Of a DNA stretch of 64,000 bases, positions 42,354 to 59,756 are shown piece after piece. The number at the start of each line of letters is the position of its first letter. The first letter of the stretch is position 1. A model generated the notes under the pieces. That model saw nothing but the letters and a program-made list of their open reading frames with translations. It made no database searches and had not been told where the DNA came from. The stretch spans positions 424,948,001-425,012,000 of the forward strand of contig OZ024740.1 of the NCBI GenBank assembly GCA_964016885.1, given 5' to 3'. The position numbers were made by a program, and so were the translations under genes. The DNA comes from Eledone cirrhosa (lineage: Eukaryota).

Positions 42354-44468
42354 GTTGACAAAAGGTACCACAGTTCTGGTAATGAAAGACCGAACCAAGG
42401 ATAATGATGTTACCAACTATAGACCTATCACATGTCTGTCCGTAATGTGGAAACTGTTGACAAGCATTATGTCTGAGGAAATCTACCATCACCTCCACAC
42501 AGACAACATGTGACTGGACGAACAGAAAGGATGCCGAAAGAAGTCCCGTGGTACAAAGGACCAGTTACTTATTGATAAGATGGTAATGAGGAATTGCAAA
42601 AGGAGACACTCTGGTCTTGCCATGGGATGGATAGACTACAAAAAGGCATTTGACATGGTGCCTCATTCTTGGATCACCAAAAGCCTAGAGATCTTCAAGG
42701 TGGCAGATAACATCAGACAGTTGTTGGGCAAAAGTATGAAGTCCTGGAAAACAGAGTTAACATCAGCTGGAGAATCCTTGGGAGGCGTGAAGATCAAGAG
42801 AGGTATCTTCCAGGGAGATAGTCTGTCCCCTCTGTTGTTTGTCCTTGCCCTGATGCCTCTGACCATTATACTGCGAAAAATGAGAGCAGGATACAAGGTG
42901 GGAATGGGAGAGCTTACCATCAATCACCTCCTCTTCATGGACGATCTTAAGCTCTTCGGGAAGAGTGAGAAGGAGTTGGATGTGCTTGTTGACACTGTCC
43001 GTATTTTCAGCAATGATATATGTATGTAATTTGGTATTAGTAAGTGTGGAGTCCTCGTGATGAAGAGGGGTAAATTGAGCAGAAGCAACGGAATCCAGGT
43101 ACCAACAGGTGAGATGATAAAGGAAATTGACACTGAAGAAGGATACAAGTATTTGGGTGTTCTGGAGGCTGATGACATCAAGAACAAAAAAATGAAGGAA
43201 TTGATAAGATCTGAATACATTCGAAGAGTAAGGAGCGTACTAAAGTCACATCGGAATAGTAGGAATGCCATAAGTGCAGTAAATTCCCGAGCTGTGTCTA
43301 TTATTAGGTACAGTGCGGGAATTCTGAGATGGAATGTTACTGAACAAAAAGAAATGGATAGGAAGACTAGGAAGCTATTGACTATCTACATGTTCCGCAA
43401 GAGGAGTGATGTCGATAGACTCTACTTAAGGAGATCTGAAGGTGGAAGAGGTCTTATCAGCATAGAGGACTGTGTTCAGATGGAGAAAAACAACCTACAC
43501 AAATACGTGACTGATAGTAAGGAGCCAATGCTCAGAATTGTACTGAAGGAGAGAACAATAGACCAGGGGGTGTCCAAGGAGGAAATAACAACAAGGAGAA
43601 AGAGCAGCCTTCATGAAAAATCCCTTCACAGTACGTTCTTTGAAAAAACTGAATTCGGAGATCCACAGACATGGAACTGGTTGAAAAGAGGAGACCTTAA
43701 AAAGGCTACAGAAGGAATGCTAATGGCTGCGCAAGAGCAGGCCCTCAAAACGAAGTGGTTGAAACACCATATTTACAAGGGGGAGGCTAGCCCACTGTGC
43801 AGGATCTGTAGAGAGAGAGAGGAGACTGTGGTTCACATTGTATCTGAGTGTAAACACCTAGCCCAGACTCACTATAAGGGCTGGAGACATGATGTGATGG
43901 GCAGGGTGATCCACTGGCACCTATGCAAAGTAAACAATTTACCACATTCTGAGAAGTGGTATGAGCATAAGCCAGAGTCGTTGATAGAAAACGATCAGGT
44001 GAAGGTGCTGTGGGATTTTAGGATACAGACGGACAAGAAACTGGAACACAATAGATCTGACCTGGTGGTTTTGTACAAGGAAAAAAGATCGTGCCTGATT
44101 GTGGATGTGGCCTGCCCATTCGACACGAGAGTGCAAGAGAAGGAGGGGGAGAAAATTAACCGATACCAGGACTTAAAGTGGGAGGTAAAAAGGATTTGGA
44201 TCTGCCATGATGTCAAAGTGGTTCCGATTGTCATAGGCGCACTAGGTACTATCTCAAAAAGTTTCCAGGGATGGTTAAAGAAAATTGGCCCCGCCACGCT
44301 TTTTGGAACGCTTCAAAGGGCATGCTTGCTGGGAACAGCAAGAACCCTCCGATACGTCCTGAATATCTGAGGCTGTAGGTAGTGGCTTGATATTCATTTC
44401 AACAAACTTTCCAGTTAACTAACATCAATGACTGAGACTCAAAGAACAATAATAGTAATAATAATAAA
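42354..44468 (+). mobile_element. 5'-truncated Dong/R4-clade retrotransposon (RT + RLE) ending in (TAA)n
   Basis: [80 protein letters not shown]; in-frame stops at 42511 and 43027; AATAGTAAT on both flanks. Confidence 0.9.
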
Positions 44469-44540
44469 TTTGAAGACTAAAATCCAAAGAGGGCTCGATA
44501 AGGATAAATATATATCAAATATATAAGAACCGTACAGCAA
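44462..44540. repeat. Dispersed fragment, inverted homologue at 54311-54390
   Basis: TAATAAATTTGAAGACTAAA…CTCGATA…GATAAATATATATCAAATATATAAGAACCGT. Confidence 0.7.
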
Positions 44541-45031
44541 ATATTTAATAAATATATATATACAAAAAAGGTTTTTAATCTCATTGCTGACAATTGTTTC
44601 TCTGAACTGGTAGGTCTAGAGATCGCTACCCGCTTGTTTTCTCGTTATTCGATCACCAATACATAGTTATAACCAGTCAATTCATCGGAGCTTGTGAGAA
44701 TGCAAACCGTGTCACTCTTCTTTTCTAATTTATCATTACTCCAAGTGTTTACAACATAGGAATTACAGCGTACTCGCAACATCACTATGGAAACGCCCTG
44801 TTGAGTCAAACTTAGCCAAGCGTTGATACTATCCACTACTCGGAGTACCCTAACTGGACTACACCTAAGTGGACTACCTATAACAATAATTTGTTACCCC
44901 GTATATATATATATATATATTTACATATATATATATATCTATATATATATATATATATATATATTTACATATATATATATCTATATATATATATTTACAT
45001 ATATATCTATATCTATATATATATATATATT

Positions 45032-45142
<111 letters not shown>

Positions 45143-45526
45143 TCCTTCCTTGCTTACATTCCAACCAGGTTTGATGGCCTTTATTCTCTCTCGTTCACGA
45201 TTTCACCGAATTTAAATTCATAGAAATTTGGGACTTGATTCCTTCTTCCTCACTTTTCGTTACTTCACCATTTTGTTTGTTTACACTCGTGTTCCCTTTT
45301 ACTTACGTGTCCCAACGACTTTTTTTAGCCGATGCTCGCACCAACCGGAGGTATATGGTCTTTAAAGCGATGAAATACCAATGATGGTTGGAAGATCACT
45401 GATGAAGGACTAACTTTATTCATATATATATATATATTATTTATATATATATACATATATATACATATATATATGTGTATGTATATACATATATATATAT
45501 ATATTTATATATATACATATATATAC

Positions 45527-45599
<73 letters not shown>

Positions 45600-45600
<1 letters not shown>

Positions 45601-45770
45601 CTGTATTATTTTTGACCGCCGGTCAGTCAATGGCAACATTGAGGACCGAGTAAGTTAGATCGCAGATATATATATATAAAAGACAGCGAGAAGCGAAAAC
45701 CAACCAAACAGTGAGTGTGTTCTGTTATTAATTCTGGCAATATTACGCAAATATGACCCTCCCCAAATAT

Positions 45771-45777
<7 letters not shown>
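45600..45777. mobile_element. Single-arm relative of the 36198-36617 element in (TA)n
   Basis: Shares GCGAAAACCAACCAAACAGTGAGTGT…ATATGACCCTCCCCAA. Confidence 0.78.
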
Positions 45778-45821
<44 letters not shown>

Positions 45822-46129
45822 TATATACATACACACACATATATATATATATATATGCATGCATGTGTATATATATATATATATGTATATATGTCAAACT
45901 GTTGGAACATCACCCGTCTCGGCACGCACATTAACCGTTCTCGCATTGCTAATGTGAACATTTCTAAGGGACATGCAAAACAGTGCATGCTGCTTCACAT
46001 TCAAATATGCATGTCTATACCATCGGAGTATACACACACACATATATATAGACATATAGAGAGATAGAATGTATGTACTTATGTAAAGATGTATGTGTAT
46101 CTCCATACATACACAGTGATACATACACA

Positions 46130-50650
<4,521 letters not shown>

Positions 50651-50855
50651 TGTTGTTTCTGTGTCTTTACCCACTTGTTTTATTCTTGTCTTTCGTTTTG
50701 TTGAGATATTTCCAGCCAGGAGATATTTCACAGAACTGTTTCAGGTATCTGGAGAAACTCCTGATACGTAAGAAATAAATATAGAAATATAACTTGTTTG
50801 AGGTTTAGTTAGAATAACATTGGCGTTGGTCTTTTCTAGCCTTCAATAGCCTTTA

Positions 50856-50990
50856 ATTGTTTCTACTTTTGGCACAAGGCCAGTAATAACCAGTAAATTA
50901 CTGGTACTTTATTTTATCGAACCCGTAAGGATGAAAGGCAAAGTTAACCTGGGCGGGATTTGAACTCAGATCGTAAAGGGACATAACTAC
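50856..50990 (-). mobile_element. SINE family 1, 5'-truncated
   Basis: Reverse complement of core and tail. Confidence 0.8.
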
Positions 50991-51397
50991 TGTTGGATTT
51001 GGTGGTCAGTTGTGGTCAAACATGTGGTGTTATTCAATACTTGCTCCAATGTTTGCAACAGTTGTTGTCACGACTAAAAGCAGTCAATGTCCAAGTTGTG
51101 GTTTTAATCTAGAACAATGGATTAAATATACTGGGATCCCGAATGAACTCACACCACGATGTGAAGGGCAAATATAAGCACCAGTAACAACAACCTCCGT
51201 TTTGCTTCAAAAGTTGACTATAGAGGATGTAACATCAAATGTGGTACCCCAGCATGGCCTCAAGCCTCTCGGCTGGAACACGTAATAGAGTAATAGATTA
51301 ATATAAAAGCACAGTTCACTCGACCAGCATCTGGCCCCAATCTCATCCACAAACCTTCTGTCGGACCATGGCTGTGTAGTTTCTATTTACCTAGTAA

Positions 51398-51801
51398 TCT
51401 ATATACATAAATGGCAATTTCTGTCTGTTTGTGTGTTTGTGAACCTAAATCTCGAAAACTCCCAAACGGATCTTGATGAAACTTGACAGGTGTGTGGGAT
51501 TTATGCCCATTTGAGTTCTTACGTATATTTCATTTTAATCAAAGGGTTTCAGCAAATTTCAATAACATTAAGACACCCTAATACGGCTCTATTTTTTTTC
51601 CTTGTAGCAACACACAACTTCTCTGGCGAACATTCTTTCGTCTGACCAATGCAATCGACAATATTTGTTTGAATTATTGTTTCGTAAATGAATTTGTCTT
51701 CGCTTTTCATTATCTGTCCTATATTTTGATTTCATATTTGGTCTGAGAGGCCTTGGGCATTTTAATGGGAACTACCGGGAGTTACCGGGTACCTCAGCTA
51801 G
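51398..51801 (+). mobile_element. Non-autonomous Helitron-like element
   Basis: A|TC 5' end (TCTATATACATAAA…GTCTGTTTGTGTG), subterminal hairpin CCGG-GAGTTA-CCGG, CTAG|T 3' end, no TSD. Confidence 0.75.
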
Positions 51802-51982
51802 TAGAATATACGAATAAGGTGAGTGTACTTGCTAAGGCAGTTGCAGAATGTCCTTCCCCAAAGTAACTTGTTGGTGATTTGTATCCCAATGTCAACCTAG
51901 GGGAGGTCTATGATATAAGCCACTCCAGTGATGCCATTCCCGTTTAATGTTTAGATGCATAACCTCCCTGATTATATTATAA

Positions 51983-52172
51983 AGGGCGGTGAATTGGCAG
52001 TATCGGTGGAGGGTTGGACGCCATGCTTTCCAGCATAGTTACGTCCCTTTACAGTCTGAGTTCAAATCCCGCCGAGGTTAACTTTGCCTTTCATCCTTAC
52101 GGGGTCGATAAAATAAAGTACCAGTAATGTACTGGTTATTACTGGCCTTGTGCCTAAAGTAGAAACAATTAT
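51983..52172 (+). mobile_element. SINE family 1, full length
   Basis: Box A TGGCAGTATCGG, box B GAGTTCAAATCC, core, tail. Confidence 0.88.
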
Positions 52173-52388
52173 CTAATGTAGATTTATCAGCATACTTTTA
52201 CTGGAAGAGGTGCCAAACTATTTCCATAAAACGTCGCACATCGACATATTTTCAGGTAGTAACGTATTGTATATAGATATATCCCAATTGAGTTTGTTTC
52301 TAGTTATATATGTTCTCAATAGCGACTGCTTTACATTGAAATGGCACCGATACTCGCGAAACTTTGAAGTAAAGTATCACCAGTAATA

Positions 52389-52576
52389 ATTGTTTCTACT
52401 TTTGCCACAAGGCCAGCAATTACCCAGTGCATTACTGGTACTTTATTTTATCGACCCCGTAAGGATGAAAGGCAAAGTTAACCTCGGCGGAATTTGAACT
52501 CAGAATGCGTCAAAATTTGAACTCTATGCGTCAAAACTTGGCGTCCGACCCCCTACTGATACTGTCAATCCACCGT
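52389..52576 (-). mobile_element. SINE family 1, near full length
   Basis: Reverse complement of the family sequence. Confidence 0.85.
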
Positions 52577-52760
52577 AATAATAAATATTATTCTGACTCG
52601 AATTTACAACCAAAACTAAGTGGAATTTAGTGCAATCGAGTACAGAAACTTATATAATAAACATTTCTACATGTGTTAATACGTACATACATTGTACAAA
52701 CATACATATATACGTAAACATATACATACACACACACTCTCTCTCATTCACACGCACACG

Positions 52761-52853
<93 letters not shown>

Positions 52854-53541
52854 CCCCTCTTCATTGAAATATAATGAGAATGTAATTGTTATAATTGTTA
52901 AAGTGAAAAAGGATATTTAATACAAGCTTAACTAGGGATTAACTAAGGTTCCTTTTTATCGTCTGCAGACGTGTTTTACCATTTTTTCCTTCATCGATGT
53001 AGAATGAGATTGTTTCTTAATGGAATCCATGTAAAGTATTTTACCATTCCAATTTAAATGATGCTGTTTACTCAATCAATGCTAATGAAATAAGTAAGTT
53101 AATATAAACTTTCATCTCCATTTATGAACATAAAATGCTTATAGTAGCGAAAAAAAAAATATTTTCGAAAATACACTTAAGAAAGGAACCAGAACCATGT
53201 CACTGAATAAGTAAAACTTTTAAATATTGCTGGAATATATCTAAAAACATTCATATACTCATTTTAATCCTTGTTTCTAGACTGGGTGTAGAACCTTTCA
53301 ATCCCCGCCCCCACGATCTTCTTATCTTTCATTGCTAAATTCCATTCCATTCTTACTCTTTTTCTTATTTTCCTCTCTCTTTTCTTTTCCTTATTGCCAT
53401 TTATATTGTACAGTGTTTTTACTACTGGATATTTTCTATTGTAATAAATTCATTGTCAACTAACTCAGTGTGAACAAAACAACAACAACAAAAACGTAAT
53501 TGCAATATTTAGTGTGTCCTCTTCCAATGAAGACAAATGCA

Positions 53542-53659
<118 letters not shown>

Positions 53660-54242
53660 TATTAAATGATGAATAGCCCCTGTTTATTTTAACATGTCTA
53701 TTGAGCACTCTTATTCGATATGTGTTTTTGCCACATTTTTCCGAATATTTTTGCGGATATAAAGGTTATCTCCCTTGCTGAAATCCATGTGCGTATTTTT
53801 AGCCTGGGTTTTGTCTTTTCATCCATTCGGACTAAGCTCGTTGATGAAGTAACTCCAGTCCCCCGTTTGTCTGTAAGTCTTATATTTTTATGTGAGCTGA
53901 TAGATGACGGTTTAAGGATTTACAGAAACCCAAGAAGCTAGATATTCCATCTCTCTAGTGGGTCCGGGTATGCTTTTTACATTCATTCATTTATTGATTT
54001 ATTGATAATTTATCTGAGTGTCCCGAATCTTCCATATCGAACTTTTCGGTTATTTGGTTGATTGTAGACATATTCTACGTGTGACGGTATTTTAACGATA
54101 GTTATAGCTCTGATTTATTTGAATTATAGAGCCCTCTGCCGCTCATCTCGAATTTTGTTTATCGTGAACTCGTGCGCCGATTTTTCGATACTCGATTATT
54201 CTACTATATATATATATATATACATATATATATACATATATG

Positions 54243-54305
<63 letters not shown>

Positions 54306-54416
54306 AAACAGCTGGACGGTTCTTATATATTTGATATATATTTATCCCTATCGAGTCCTCTTTCGAATTTAGTCTTCAAATTTATTAATATTACTATATA
54401 TATATATATATATATA

Positions 54417-54951
54417 TGATGGCTGCCCCCTCGTTATCGAGTATGGCCATTGCACGATATACCATTATTAATAATTATTAATTAATTCTATCATGCAATG
54501 CTTGTGCGTGAAGATATTTTTCAAAATGAGGAAAGACTGTGCACTGAGCCAATCCCACTCTCTGAGCGACAGTAGCTATAACTCGAAAAGAAGAAAAGAT
54601 CAACATCATCGGTAACTACTGAACCGCAGGTTTTATATCGGAGTTATCCCAGTTTCTTGAGTTGCCTTCTCCTAGAAGAATCCCCTGACAAAGTTTATGG
54701 GTCCTTCACTCCCAGTGGTTTAACCGCGCGGTACATGTGCGTATACATATTTATGTACTTTTGGATGGCCGTTGGCTCTTATGAGTTCTTCCGCCCTTTG
54801 TCAGGTTTTGTTTTTTGTCCCGCAGAGTACCCAAAATCACTCCCTTCGCCAAGTAAACTTGGTGGGGTTGCCGGTTTAGTCGCCGACGACCCGACCATGC
54901 GACAGGTTATACTGGGTTACATGTTACCAGTAGCACTCAAGAGTGACCCGT
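54417..54951 (-). mobile_element. Second subfamily of the RTE-like non-autonomous element
   Basis: Shares both ends with 376-983 (ATGGCTGCC…TCGTT..CGAGTA.GGCCA; GACCCGACCATG…CATGTTACCAGTAGCAC); middle more diverged. Confidence 0.7.
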
Positions 54952-54952
54952 A

Positions 54953-55049
<97 letters not shown>

Positions 55050-55184
55050 GAGGTTGTATTTAATTTGTTGGGATACAACAAGTTTTAAAAAATATTTTTA
55101 TAACTGATATAAAGCACTCAACAGTTTATTGGAGTAAATATACAATATATTAACAAATGGAAACTATATTTATAAAACCATATT

Positions 55185-55248
55185 TATTTTATTATACATA
55201 TTTCAAGGCCACCAGGCAAATTATGGTGCGCTTTCATCAGATAAAATA
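55185..55248 (-). ncRNA. Type I hammerhead ribozyme motif (minus arm)
   Basis: Reverse complement of 55368-55431. Confidence 0.75.
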
Positions 55249-55367
55249 CAATACAGATTAGTTTTATAAATAAATATTGACATACCCTGAAAAAAGACAA
55301 CCTTAACCGTTAAGGTTGTCTTTTTTCAGGGTATGACAATATTTATTTATAAAACTAATCTGTATTG

Positions 55368-55431
55368 TATTTTATCTGATGAAAGCGCACCATAATTTGC
55401 CTGGTGGCCTTGAAATATGTATAATAAAATA
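55368..55431 (+). ncRNA. Type I hammerhead ribozyme motif (plus arm)
   Basis: TATTTTAT-CTGATGA-AAG..CACCA…TGGTG..CTT-GAAA-TATGTA-TA-ATAAAATA; perfect 8-bp stem I. Confidence 0.78.
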
Positions 55432-55512
55432 AATATGGTTTTATAAATATAGTTTCCATTTGTTAATATATTGTATATATATATATATATATATGTATGT
55501 ATATATACATAC

Positions 55513-55899
<387 letters not shown>

Positions 55900-55939
55900 T
55901 ACATACATACATACATACATACATACATACATACATACA

Positions 55940-55971
<32 letters not shown>

Positions 55972-56439
55972 ATGTGTAATGCCCGGAGGCCAAATATTTC
56001 ACTTTATAATACATTTACTCCGTTCCCGCACCACCAACATGACTCAACATTGAATATAGATGAGTTACATAACGTCGAGTGCTTTTTTGATATTACGTGA
56101 TGATTAACACTGTAGGATGACTTGGCAATATATTTGAACATTTTTGAAAATTTTATAATATTCGATATTGTATCGTTTATCCCTCAGAGAATGCAATATG
56201 TGGTTTTGTGCTAAAATAACTGATGTTATTCTATCACTAGCGGATCCAGAACCCTGGTCGTCCTATCATACCACAGTCTATACTATAAAAAGTTCGATTA
56301 ATTAAAGAAAAATGTAGTGACGAAAACATATATTCCTTCTATATGTTGAAAATTATCTTGTATATATTCATATATAACGATTCGCTTTATAATAATATGG
56401 ACTTTGCCTATTAATCCGTATGGTGAGCAAATGGGGTCC

Positions 56440-56640
56440 CACGTGTTGGCCTCCCCACAGCCCCGGCGGACAGGATGGAGAAGGCGTTTTCCTGGAGGAT
56501 GGTAAGGGAGATGCGCTGGAAGAGCCATTCCAACTTGCGAGGCTCAGCGCCTCTGGTGGTGAATAGAGCCAAGGACACCAGAAGTCTCCACTGCCAAGGG
56601 CACGACCGCGAACCTGTCGGAGAGCGACCGGTACTTGGAG
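56440..56640 (-). pseudogene. C-terminal relic of a CRE-like RLE non-LTR retrotransposon
   Basis: Hand translation KYRSLSDRFAVVPLAVETSGVLG, then in a shifted frame EPRKLEWLFQRISLTILQENAFSIL. Confidence 0.6.
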
Positions 56641-56654
56641 AAATATACATTATA

Positions 56655-57010
56655 TCTTCAGTAACGGTAGAGCGTCCGACAACATGCTTCGTGGGATCTT
56701 TTTGTTCTGAGCTCAAATCCCGTCGAGGTTTGCTTTGCCTTTCATCTTTGCGGAGTCGATAAAATAAAGTACCAGTAATGCACTGGGGACGATTTAATCG
56801 ACCCCCCCCCCTCAAATTGCTGGCCTTGTGCCCAAAGTAGAAACAATTATATTAGATTATATTGTAGACTACGAATTGACAGAATCATTAGAAGGTCGGA
56901 TAAAATGCTCTGATGTATTCGTCTCGGCTCTCTGCTTTCTCAGCTGAAACCACGCCGGGGTGAACGTTGCCTTTTATTCTTTCGAAATCGATAAAATTAC
57001 CAGTCTAGTA
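56655..57010 (+). mobile_element. Two older SINE family 1 variants in tandem
   Basis: TTTGCCTTTCATC…GTCGATAAAATAAAGTACCAG and a degraded second copy. Confidence 0.65.
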
Positions 57011-57734
57011 CTGTTATCAATCTTTCATCTTTCTCTCTTTATCACTCTTTATCTTTCTTTGGAAGAATTCTGTTCTATTTAGATCTGTAGAAAGATGAGC
57101 TCCACCGTGTTTAAAATACTCTAAAGACGCCATATGCGACTACGGCGCCCCTACGACTCCATCAGAAGATATGGGACTATACATATTATATTGTGTGTTG
57201 TTTCTGTTGTAGTTTAGTCCGATCTCAACCTTTATTGATCATTCCGGCTATTACCATTCAGACATCTTAGTTATCAGACATAGTTCGTCGACTACACTGT
57301 CCAATATGTCATTTTAAAAGCAATAGTGTATAACGTGAAGGAAATTTCACTTCTTTATTAGCTCGTATTATATTTAATTAAATTACAATGTTTTATATTC
57401 TATACATTATATTATATCTTTTTACAATATTTTGTAACACTATATTATTATTAAAAATTATATTATCCTATTAATTTGAAGCTAACTGGGAAGACATGCA
57501 GTGAGGACGTCATTGATATAATTGTTAAACCGAAAAAATATATCTTATACAAGATTAATTACGGATTAACTAAAAAAAATATTTCTATCGCCTACAGCAA
57601 TGTTTCACAAATGTTTCCTCCATCTATCGCCTGGGGGGGAAATGATGGAGAAATGACGGGAGAGGAAGAGAGATAATTACCCTGCATTGATGGGGGAATG
57701 CCACAAGTAGAGAGGTTGCTGTATGCCAGTGGAG

Positions 57735-59075
57735 CAGTGGTTCTCAACCTTTTTTTTGCCAACGGCACACCTTCGAACACATGAAAAAATAGTGGCACAC
57801 CTGGCTAAATATATATGAAACATATTTGAATTTTACAAAATAAAAACATGGCAAGTCATAGACGGCATACAACTGTAGACACAGACTAGTCATAGACGGC
57901 ATACAACTGTAGACACAGACTAGTCATAGACGGCATACAACCGTAGACACAGACTAGTCATAGACGGCATACAACCGTAGACAGAGACTAGTCATAGACG
58001 GCATACAACCGTAGACACAAACTAGTCATAGACGGCATACAACCGTAGACACAAACTAGTCATAGACGGCATACAACCGTAGACACAGACTAGTCATAGA
58101 CGGCATACAACTGTAGACACAGACTAGTCATAGACGGCATACAACCGTAGACACAGACTAGTCATAGACGGCATACAACTGTAGACACAAACTAGTCATA
58201 GACGGCATACAACTGTAGACACAGACTAGTCATAGACGGCATACAACCGTAGACACAAACTAGTCATAGACGGCATACAACCGTAGACACAGACTAGTCA
58301 TAGACGGCATACAACCGTAGACAGAGACTAGTCATAGACGGCATACAACCGTAGACACAAACTAGTCATAGACGGCATACAACCGTAGACACAGACTAGT
58401 CATAGACGGCATACAACTGTAGACACAGACTAGTCATAGACGGCATACAACTGTAGACACAGACTAGTCATAGACGGCATACAACTGTAGACACAGACTA
58501 GTCATAGACGGCATACAACCGTAGACACAAACTAGTCATAGACGGCATACAACCGTAGACACAGACTAGTCATAGACGGCATACAACCGTAGACAGAGAC
58601 TAGTCATAGACGGCATACAACCGTAGACACAAACTAGTCATAGACGGCATACAACCGTAGACACAGACTAGTCATAGACGGCATACAACTGTAGACACAG
58701 ACTAGTCATAGACGGCATACAACCGTAGACACAAACTAGTCATAGACGGCATACAACCGTAGACACAGACTAGTCATAGACGGCATACAACCGTAGACAG
58801 AGACTAGTCATAGACGGCATACAACCGTAGACACAGACTAGTCATAGACGGCATACAACCGTAGACAGAGACTAGTCATAGACGGCATACAACCGTAGAC
58901 ACAAACTAGTCATAGACGGCATAGAATTATCAAACTAAACAAAGAAAAACACAGCTATGAACTTACTTCATTGCACTGTTTCGAATTTCATCAGTCAAAT
59001 AGCTGGATCTTTAGTGAGTAATTTGTGCCTGGCTTTTATTCATAATCTCGCGGCACACCTGTGTGCCAATCACTG
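57735..59075. mobile_element. Non-autonomous hAT (Charlie/Buster-like) DNA transposon carrying an internal satellite
   Basis: Ends CAGTGGTT…AATCACTG; 8-bp TSD CAGTGGAG / CAGTAGAG; subterminal GGCACAC repeats at both ends. Confidence 0.75.
57854..58923. repeat. 34-bp tandem repeat, 31 full copies plus a partial
   Basis: Unit AGTCATAGACGGCATACAAC(C/T)GTAGACA(C/G)A(G/A)ACT, exact 34-bp period. Confidence 0.97.
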
Positions 59076-59414
59076 CAGTAGAGGCTGGCAGTCGACTGTT
59101 TATAGATTATTCCTTTGTCAAAGCCTGCGTACAGAATTCTGGGCATTACGGGAGCAGGATGAGACCCACCAAGAACAACATAGAAGCAATAGCGAGGACT
59201 TCTAGATGGCTATGGCTGAAGAGAAGTGGTTACTAGAGTCAGTAGTATGCTACTTAAACAGACTGGCGCTTGATAGACCATGGTTGTGTCAACTAGATGA
59301 GGGTGTATGTTGAAAACCTGATACATCGAGTGACTCAAGGATGCAACACTGGTAGGTTCAAGGCTTTTCATGAGAGGATTGCATTACAGTATTATGTTTG
59401 TTTATATATATTAT

Positions 59415-59606
59415 AATTGTTTCTACTTTTGGCACAAGGCCAGCAATTATCCCAGTGTATTACTGGTACTTTATTTTATCGACCCTGTGAGGATGAAAGG
59501 CAAAGTTAACCTCGGCGGGATTTGAAATCAGACCATAAAGGGGCGTAACTCTTTGCTGCAAAGCATGGCGTCCGACCCTTTACCGATACTGCCAATTCAC
59601 CGCCCT
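59415..59606 (-). mobile_element. SINE family 1, full length
   Basis: Reverse complement of the family sequence. Confidence 0.88.
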
Positions 59607-59756
59607 TATATATATATTATAATGTCATATATTTATTCATATATATATATATTATTATGATGTATTACATTACGTTTATATTATATTGATTTATAAACCG
59701 TATTTGCTGCTCTATTGGACGGCCTTTCGTATAACACGCTCCCCCGGCTTTACAAG

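Larger units (their letters stand above)
55051..55475. mobile_element. Family C element: near-perfect ~335 bp palindrome (55141-55475) with a hammerhead on each strand
   Basis: Centre CCTTAAC-c-GTTAAGG near 55308; unpaired extension 55051-55140 homologous to 7078-7164; (TA)n flanks. Confidence 0.85.

Noticed and set aside
57854-58923. CRISPR-like array
   Set aside because: Units are contiguous with no unique spacers, there are no cas genes, and the context is eukaryotic.
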